IMG/VR virus record: IMGVR_UViG_3300032246_003079
Length of the DNA: 64,000 bases
From: a virus
Strand: one strand, 5' to 3'
A program made the translations under genes and the position numbers. The first letter of the stretch is position 1, and each line of letters starts with the position of its first letter. Shown here piece after piece: positions 58,540 through 64,000 of the stretch. The notes beneath the pieces were generated by a model. It worked only from the letters and a program-made list of their open reading frames with translations, had not been told where the DNA came from and did not search any database.

Positions 58540-59283
58540 TTAATTATTATTTATTCTTCTAATAGTATTCAAATAAAGAATTTTATATTTTTTTAAATAT
58601 GCTCTTATTTCTTTTGTTGATAAATTTGTCATTTCTCGAAGTGAAAGTAAAACTATATTTTTATTAAACTTATTGTTGTCATTTCCAATAAAAATATTAC
58701 CATAATTTTCAAATAATTCAATCAAGGCGTTTCCGAGTTTAAATTCTCCATCCACCATTGATGTATTTTTAACGTGGTCTCTTAAGTCTTTTAAAAATAT
58801 ATCTATTATTTTTTCAGCATCAATTTTTTCAAACTCTAAATAATAAACCATGTCAGGTCTATTCTCCAATGCTTGTGAAATATCTTCATAAGACACTTTT
58901 CTATTTGTTTCTTTTTGGTCTTTTTGTATTTGACCCATTAAATAGTTCTTACAAATTGTACCAAAATAAGAATATGCTTTTTTGTTTTTGGCCGGTTTAA
59001 ACTTATCAACCTTTGTCATTAAAAAAGAATGTGTATCAGTATGTAAATCTCGATACTCCATATCTTTTCTATAAAGTTTGTATCGTCTTATGATTGATTC
59101 AATCATCTTATCTAACGGTTCTTTAAGAAATTTATTATAAATCTCTTCTTTTTCTATTTGAGTTTCGGCGGTGATATAATCTTTCACCGCCTCTTCCTCT
59201 CTCACATCAAAATAATTTTTACTTTTTTTTTCTGTCTTTTTCTTTTCGTCTAAATGTTCAGGGTTTGATTCCTCTAAAAACAT
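58540..59283 (-). CDS. putative phage RNA polymerase sigma factor (sigma70 region 2-like; gp55-like late sigma candidate)
   Basis: KNYFD...KMIESIIRRY...KVDKFKPAKNKKAYSYFGTICKNYL resembles sigma region 2.2-2.4. Confidence 0.55.
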   Translation of the reverse strand: MFLEESNPEHLDEKKKTEKKSKNYFDVREEEAVKDYITAETQIEKEEIYNKFLKEPLDKMIESIIRRYKLYRKDMEYRDLHTDTHSFLMTKVDKFKPAKNKKAYSYFGTICKNYLMGQIQKDQKETNRKVSYEDISQALENRPDMVYYLEFEKIDAEKIIDIFLKDLRDHVKNTSMVDGEFKLGNALIELFENYGNIFIGNDNNKFNKNIVLLSLREMTNLSTKEIRAYLKKYKILYLNTIRRINNN

Positions 59284-60095
59284 TATACATTTTGTGGTTC
59301 GTATTTTATGTTCCTATCGGTTGTAAAAAAATGTTCTTTTTTTGCCGACTCAATCCAAAAAGAAACCTCATCATCTGTAATCTTACTTTCCCCATTTTTA
59401 TAATTCCAAAAAATAGAACCTGGTCTTAAATTCATGTGTTTATATCCAATTCTTGGAATTGTCATAATTTTAACAGAATTGTAAGTTAATCTTAATAAAA
59501 ACTCATATACAAAAGTTAATTTCATACTTGATTTAAACCCTCCGTTTTCTTCATAAACTGACTTTTTAATAACAATTCCACTTGATTGAAAATTTTGATA
59601 ATTTAAAAGTGTGTCATTATTTAAGTAACCAATTTCTGAGTTCATACTTACTGCGAATGCGGCTTCATTAGTAAACCCAACAAAAACTCCTTTTTCGTCA
59701 GTATCAACAACAATAGGTAAAAATGCATCAACTTCAGAATATGCTTTACTATATCTATCGAAATTTTTAAACCAAATTGTGGAATATTCATCGTCAAATT
59801 CTAAAATAGAAATCCAAGTACTTTTGGCGTGTTTTACACCAATATTTACTTGAGAACAAAAATCAAATTCATTTTGATTTTCTACCATAGTAACTGTTAG
59901 ACCGCTAAAGTCGTAATTATCTAATTTATTTTTTAATAACTCTTCACCCGAATGAACAATTACTAATTCATTAATAGGTTTGGTTTGTGTTTGAATGGAT
60001 GTAATGGCTCTGTTGAATAAATCTTCAAACATGATATTATTTGCCGAATCAATTGGTAGAATTACCGATACATCTAATTTTTCTAAGTTTTCCAT
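59283..60095 (-). CDS. GT2-family (GT-A) glycosyltransferase
   Basis: DVSVILP...ELVIV...VNIGVKHAKSTWISILEFDDEY. Confidence 0.8.
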   Translation of the reverse strand: MENLEKLDVSVILPIDSANNIMFEDLFNRAITSIQTQTKPINELVIVHSGEELLKNKLDNYDFSGLTVTMVENQNEFDFCSQVNIGVKHAKSTWISILEFDDEYSTIWFKNFDRYSKAYSEVDAFLPIVVDTDEKGVFVGFTNEAAFAVSMNSEIGYLNNDTLLNYQNFQSSGIVIKKSVYEENGGFKSSMKLTFVYEFLLRLTYNSVKIMTIPRIGYKHMNLRPGSIFWNYKNGESKITDDEVSFWIESAKKEHFFTTDRNIKYEPQNV

Positions 60096-60099
60096 AATA

Positions 60100-61164
60100 T
60101 TATTTTTCTTCAGTTATTTTTAATTTTTCTAATTGTTGACTAAACATTTCTTTTCTTACGTTGAAATAATCAACAAACAAAGATTCGATTTTATTATCAA
60201 ATGATTCTTTATTTTGATATTTTTCACCTGTTTCAGACATTTTAGTATACAACTCTTCGTTGATGTTGTCTTCTAACCAATTTTGTGCAAAATTTGCTAA
60301 AACGTCGATAATTTCGTTAAAAGAATATGTCCAAATACCGTTATTTTCATTCATCCAATCAGGTTTTAAATTAGGAACCACACCGATTACTGGAGTATTT
60401 GAAATCATGCTTTCGATTGGGAATGTACCAAATCCAGACTCTCTATCGACCCAAACAGAAACAAAAGATTCTTTTAAAAACTTTGAAAAGTCTGTTTGAC
60501 TAATGTTTTTCATGTCTCTAAAAGTAAACCAACGATACTGAGGATATTTCAAATAAAAACTTTTGATAATTTTTGCAGTGTCTCTTGGTTCTCTACAGTG
60601 AATAGAAACAATTGGTTTTGATGGTTTGTCTTTTTTACTGAACGCTTCAGAGATAAGAGGTTCAACAACGTCAACGCTTACATTTTTAAAAACTGATTTG
60701 ATATATTCTTTTTGAAATTCAGAAGTACTAATACTCTTTAAAAATCCATAATTAGCCCATGAAATACCTGGAGGTAAAGTTTCTAACATGTAATCATATG
60801 CTTGACACAACACCAATTTACCACATGGATAATTTTTAAGTTGCTCCATAACGTGCGCGTACAATTCAGGAATAACAACAAAATCTTCAGGTGAAATAGG
60901 AAGATTCTGACCCTCGATTGCAATGTGTTCGATTTCCATATATTCTTTACCTAACCAATCACCAACACCTTGGTAATCTTTTGTTTCGTGAATCATTTTC
61001 ACGTTAAATCCTTTGTTTAACAAGGACATGGCCATTTGATAAATGTAAGAAACGCCAGCTTTTGGGTTTCCTTTAGTGTCTTGAACTAAAAAATAAATTC
61101 TTGCGGTTTTATTTCCAAGCTTTTCGACTGACGTTTCAATTTTTTTAATTTTGTCTAATTCCAT
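60100..61164 (-). CDS. GT-B fold (GT4-like) glycosyltransferase
   Basis: GVSYIYQMAMSL...DFVVIPE...SGFGTFPIESMISNTPVIG. Confidence 0.75.
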   Translation of the reverse strand: MELDKIKKIETSVEKLGNKTARIYFLVQDTKGNPKAGVSYIYQMAMSLLNKGFNVKMIHETKDYQGVGDWLGKEYMEIEHIAIEGQNLPISPEDFVVIPELYAHVMEQLKNYPCGKLVLCQAYDYMLETLPPGISWANYGFLKSISTSEFQKEYIKSVFKNVSVDVVEPLISEAFSKKDKPSKPIVSIHCREPRDTAKIIKSFYLKYPQYRWFTFRDMKNISQTDFSKFLKESFVSVWVDRESGFGTFPIESMISNTPVIGVVPNLKPDWMNENNGIWTYSFNEIIDVLANFAQNWLEDNINEELYTKMSETGEKYQNKESFDNKIESLFVDYFNVRKEMFSQQLEKLKITEEK

Positions 61165-61168
61165 TTTA

Positions 61169-61453
61169 TTATAACTTTTTTATTATGTTGTTTATTAGTA
61201 AAGTATTGAATGCGAATTTAAAAGGGATTGATAAATTTTTGGCGCTATGTATACCTAAATTTTCATCAAGTTCTTCTCTTTCGGATAATATAACATCTAC
61301 TAAATTTTTATATACTTCCCATTTTGAAACACTTATATGTGGTTCGTTTTCACCCTCAACTTCAGTTGATTCCAAAGTAGGGACGAACATTGCAATTTTA
61401 TTTTCTATTTCCTGTACGTCGATATAATATCTTTCACCTAAAAATTCTAACAT
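61169..61453 (-). CDS. hypothetical protein
   Basis: Start reassigned to ATG 61453 (MLEFLGERYYID). Confidence 0.55.
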   Translation of the reverse strand: MLEFLGERYYIDVQEIENKIAMFVPTLESTEVEGENEPHISVSKWEVYKNLVDVILSEREELDENLGIHSAKNLSIPFKFAFNTLLINNIIKKL

Positions 61454-62094
61454 ATTCCTAATTTTTGTAAACATTCATCTAATTCTTTAAGTGAACTGAT
61501 TTCGTGTTCAGATTTATTTGTTTTGTTGTACTGAGTATTGAACTTGATAACAACTTTGTTTTTTGGATGGTCTTCGATTAAACTTGGATTTGCACTAACT
61601 AAAATATCAACCTCATCCCAAATTGAGTTTATAGTGGTGTCCGAATAAAATTTAACTTTTTCTACTTGACAACCAAACTTTGATAAAAAAAATAATGTGG
61701 CCGGTTTAGATTTACTAATTTCATCAGATACAATTACAATATCATTTGTGCTTCGATATTTTAAATAAATGTCATTTAAGGTATGAAATGTGTGCATCTC
61801 TGAGGATTCAGCGTGACCAAATATTTGCATCGCAAATTCTTGATATAAAAACTCATAAAGCTCATCATCAGATTTAAACTTAAAATGGTTTAACAAATTA
61901 AGACTGTCAATATTACCTAATACCTCATATTCAAACTCTTCTTCTTGTATAATCGATTCAGTATTACCTGACTCATCCAAAATGTAAGTTTTTTCTGTTG
62001 AGTTGTTTTCAATTAAAAACTTTTCATAAGTTTGTTGAATTTTACCCAAAGTATTTCTTAACACACCATTAACCTCAATTCCAATTTTCTTCAT
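61447..62094 (-). CDS. HAD-fold 5'(3')-nucleotidase-like protein with degenerate catalytic motif
   Basis: KIGIEVNGVLRN at the position of DxDGV, ATLFFLSK, and DILVSANP where DD is expected. Confidence 0.55.
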   Translation of the reverse strand: MKKIGIEVNGVLRNTLGKIQQTYEKFLIENNSTEKTYILDESGNTESIIQEEEFEYEVLGNIDSLNLLNHFKFKSDDELYEFLYQEFAMQIFGHAESSEMHTFHTLNDIYLKYRSTNDIVIVSDEISKSKPATLFFLSKFGCQVEKVKFYSDTTINSIWDEVDILVSANPSLIEDHPKNKVVIKFNTQYNKTNKSEHEISSLKELDECLQKLGIC

Positions 62095-62812
62095 CGTATC
62101 TTTCTAAGATTTTACCAATTAATGGGTTTCTTACGTTTTTTGCATTTCTAAAATCATAAATTCCAATATCGTTAACATTTTGAAATCTTTGAAGGGCGTC
62201 GTATAGTCCTGATTGTTTTTTATCTTTATATCTGTCAGTTTGCTCCAAGTCGCCAGATATGAAAAATTTACTATTATAACCGATTCTTGTCAATAGTAAT
62301 TTAATTTGATTTGGAGTTGCGTTTTGTGCCTCTTCAAATATTAAAATAGAATTATCAATATTCATACCTCTCATATACGCCAAAGCAAAAACTTCAATTA
62401 TTTCTGCTTCTTTTAATTTTTCACGAGTGTCTTTTCCAATTATTTTATTTAACAGATAATATGATGGAAAAATATATGGGTCTAACTTTTCTTCTAAGTT
62501 GCCGGGTAAAGAACCCAATTTTTCTTCAGCTTCAACTGCAGGTCTTACAATTATAATTTTTTCATATGAGTTCGACGGGTCAATTAATAAATCAACAGCA
62601 GCTTTCATAGAAATGTAACTTTTACCAACACCCGCGGGTCCTGAACAGATTGTAATTTGATTGCTTAATAAGATATCATAATAGTCTTTTTGGTTGTCAG
62701 ATAAAAATTTACTTTTTTGTTTTCTTTTGATTGTTGCGTTTATGAAATCTTTTTTTGAAATAGTTTGAGGAATTACAGGTTCTTCTGTTGTTAGTTTTTT
62801 TCTTGGAGACAT
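62075..62812 (-). CDS. phoH: PhoH family ATPase
   Basis: GPAGVGKS, IIIVRPAVEA..LGSLPG, AYMRG, EEAQN, SGDLEQ.D and VRNPLI. Confidence 0.93.
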   Translation of the reverse strand: MSPRKKLTTEEPVIPQTISKKDFINATIKRKQKSKFLSDNQKDYYDILLSNQITICSGPAGVGKSYISMKAAVDLLIDPSNSYEKIIIVRPAVEAEEKLGSLPGNLEEKLDPYIFPSYYLLNKIIGKDTREKLKEAEIIEVFALAYMRGMNIDNSILIFEEAQNATPNQIKLLLTRIGYNSKFFISGDLEQTDRYKDKKQSGLYDALQRFQNVNDIGIYDFRNAKNVRNPLIGKILERYDEENWN

Positions 62813-62855
62813 TTATTTATTAATTTTTTTTTATGGTTTTACCGTTATCGGGGCT

Positions 62856-63881
62856 TTAGTAAATGTACTTCGTATTTTTAATTTCTTTGTCCACTTTGGA
62901 TTTAATCCATTCGTAAGTTTTTTTGAGTCCTTCTAATAATGGTTGATTAACTTCCCACCCAACTTTTTCTTTATATAATTTGTTGTCTGAGTTTCTACCT
63001 TTTACACCTAACGGGCATTTGAATCCGTATTTATCTAAGAAATCTTGACCTCCGATATTATTAATACTAATGTTTTTACCTGATATATCAATAGCCATTT
63101 GAGCCAATTCATTAATTGTAACCATCTCTTCAGAGCCAATATTAACAGGACCCAAAAAATCACTTTCCATTAATTTTAAAACGGCCTCAACACATTCATC
63201 AATGTATAAAAATGAACGAGTTTGTTGACCATTACCCCAAACTTCTATAGTACCGTTATCTTCAGCCTCCGCGGCTTTTCTACACATAGCTGCTGGTGAT
63301 TTTTCTTTTCCTCCATTCCATGTACCCTGTGGTCCAAAAATGTTGTGAAACCTTGCAACTCTTACATCTAATCCATAGTTTCGATTGAACGCCAAGTATA
63401 ATCTTTCTGAAAATAATTTTTCCCAACCGTATTCTGAGTCAGGATTTGCGGGGTAAGCGGAAGATTCTTCACAATTTGGGTTTAATGGGTCTAATTGATT
63501 ATGTTCGGGGTACATACATGCCGATGATGAATAAAATACTTTTTTAACTTTCTTTTTAACACATTCGTGAACAACATTAAGATTTATTGTTGCTGAATTA
63601 TACATAACATTTGCGTCATTTTCTCCTGTAAAAATATATAACGCACCACCCATATCTGCAGCCAATTGGTAAACCTCATCAACATCTTCTTCAATAACTA
63701 ATTTAACCACATTAGGGTCAGTTAAATCTCCAAGTATAAACTCATGACAAATATCTTCATGAGCAAAATATTCGTGTTTTTTTATATCACAAATTCTTAC
63801 GTGATTCCCTTCTTCTTTTAATCGTTTTGCGAGGTGACCACCTATGAATCCACCACCACCTAAAATTACTACTTTTTTCAT
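62856..63881 (-). CDS. NAD-dependent epimerase/dehydratase (GDP-mannose 3,5-epimerase-like)
   Basis: GGGGFIG, LAADMGG, YSSSACMYP, YGWEKL, RFHNIFGP, EKSPAAMCRK and GVKGRNSDN. Confidence 0.85.
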   Translation of the reverse strand: MKKVVILGGGGFIGGHLAKRLKEEGNHVRICDIKKHEYFAHEDICHEFILGDLTDPNVVKLVIEEDVDEVYQLAADMGGALYIFTGENDANVMYNSATINLNVVHECVKKKVKKVFYSSSACMYPEHNQLDPLNPNCEESSAYPANPDSEYGWEKLFSERLYLAFNRNYGLDVRVARFHNIFGPQGTWNGGKEKSPAAMCRKAAEAEDNGTIEVWGNGQQTRSFLYIDECVEAVLKLMESDFLGPVNIGSEEMVTINELAQMAIDISGKNISINNIGGQDFLDKYGFKCPLGVKGRNSDNKLYKEKVGWEVNQPLLEGLKKTYEWIKSKVDKEIKNTKYIY

Positions 63882-63885
63882 TTTT

Positions 63886-64000
63886 TTATAAATTTAAAAT
63901 ATAATAATTTATATCACTCAATTTATCTTTAAATTTGTTATTAACAAATGTAGCATTTAATCCCCACGATAAACACTGAAATCCATTATTTTCCATATAG
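63886..64000 (-). CDS. 3' end of a gene truncated by the window edge (glycan-modification cluster)
   Basis: Open frame YMENNGFQCLSWGLNATFVNNKFKDKLSDINYYILNL* ends just before the epimerase ATG. Confidence 0.45.
   Translation of the reverse strand, partial: YMENNGFQCLSWGLNATFVNNKFKDKLSDINYYILNL

Noticed and set aside
1-64000. Alternative genetic code (TAG or TGA recoding as in some large Bacteroidota phages)
   Set aside because: Code 11 gives dense, full-length genes, and TAG or TGA end intact genes such as terminase, the T9SS protein and PhoH.

Overview
This is a very AT-rich 64 kb segment of a large T4-like (jumbo-type) tailed phage, almost certainly infecting a Bacteroidota host. Host evidence: a T9SS C-terminal sorting-domain protein, TTTG-N19-TAnnTTTG promoters, no Shine-Dalgarno sequences, Bacteroidota-type bS21 and a DnaK ending in DFEEVK. 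It holds the head module (large terminase, portal, prohead protease, scaffold, major capsid) with an antisense ribosomal protein bS21 gene embedded in it, plus baseplate and fibre genes and a putative late sigma factor. It also carries a tmRNA with an aberrant T-loop and a long non-canonical tag, a free-standing LAGLIDADG endonuclease, a proteostasis set (ClpC-like ATPase, DnaK, J-domain protein, peptidase), UV-repair genes, PhoH and glycosylation genes. Four unexplained structures stand out. (1) About 15 unrelated proteins share short N-terminal leaders rich in [ILV]-x-E motifs, which look like prohead-protease-cleaved capsid-targeting signals. (2) A two-unit tandem cassette fuses a near-identical promoter plus MKRIVRLTESDLARIVRRVI leader to completely different cargo. 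(3) A TATTTAT motif sits just upstream of about 25 start codons, often only 4 nt before ATG, and the host-type promoter genes lack it. (4) A Ser/Thr-rich fibre is clustered with a DUF2827 putative glycosyltransferase, a J-protein and a structured leader. All family assignments come from motif recognition by eye, not database searches. The standard genetic code fits, and no CRISPR array, tRNA, rRNA or reverse transcriptase was seen.
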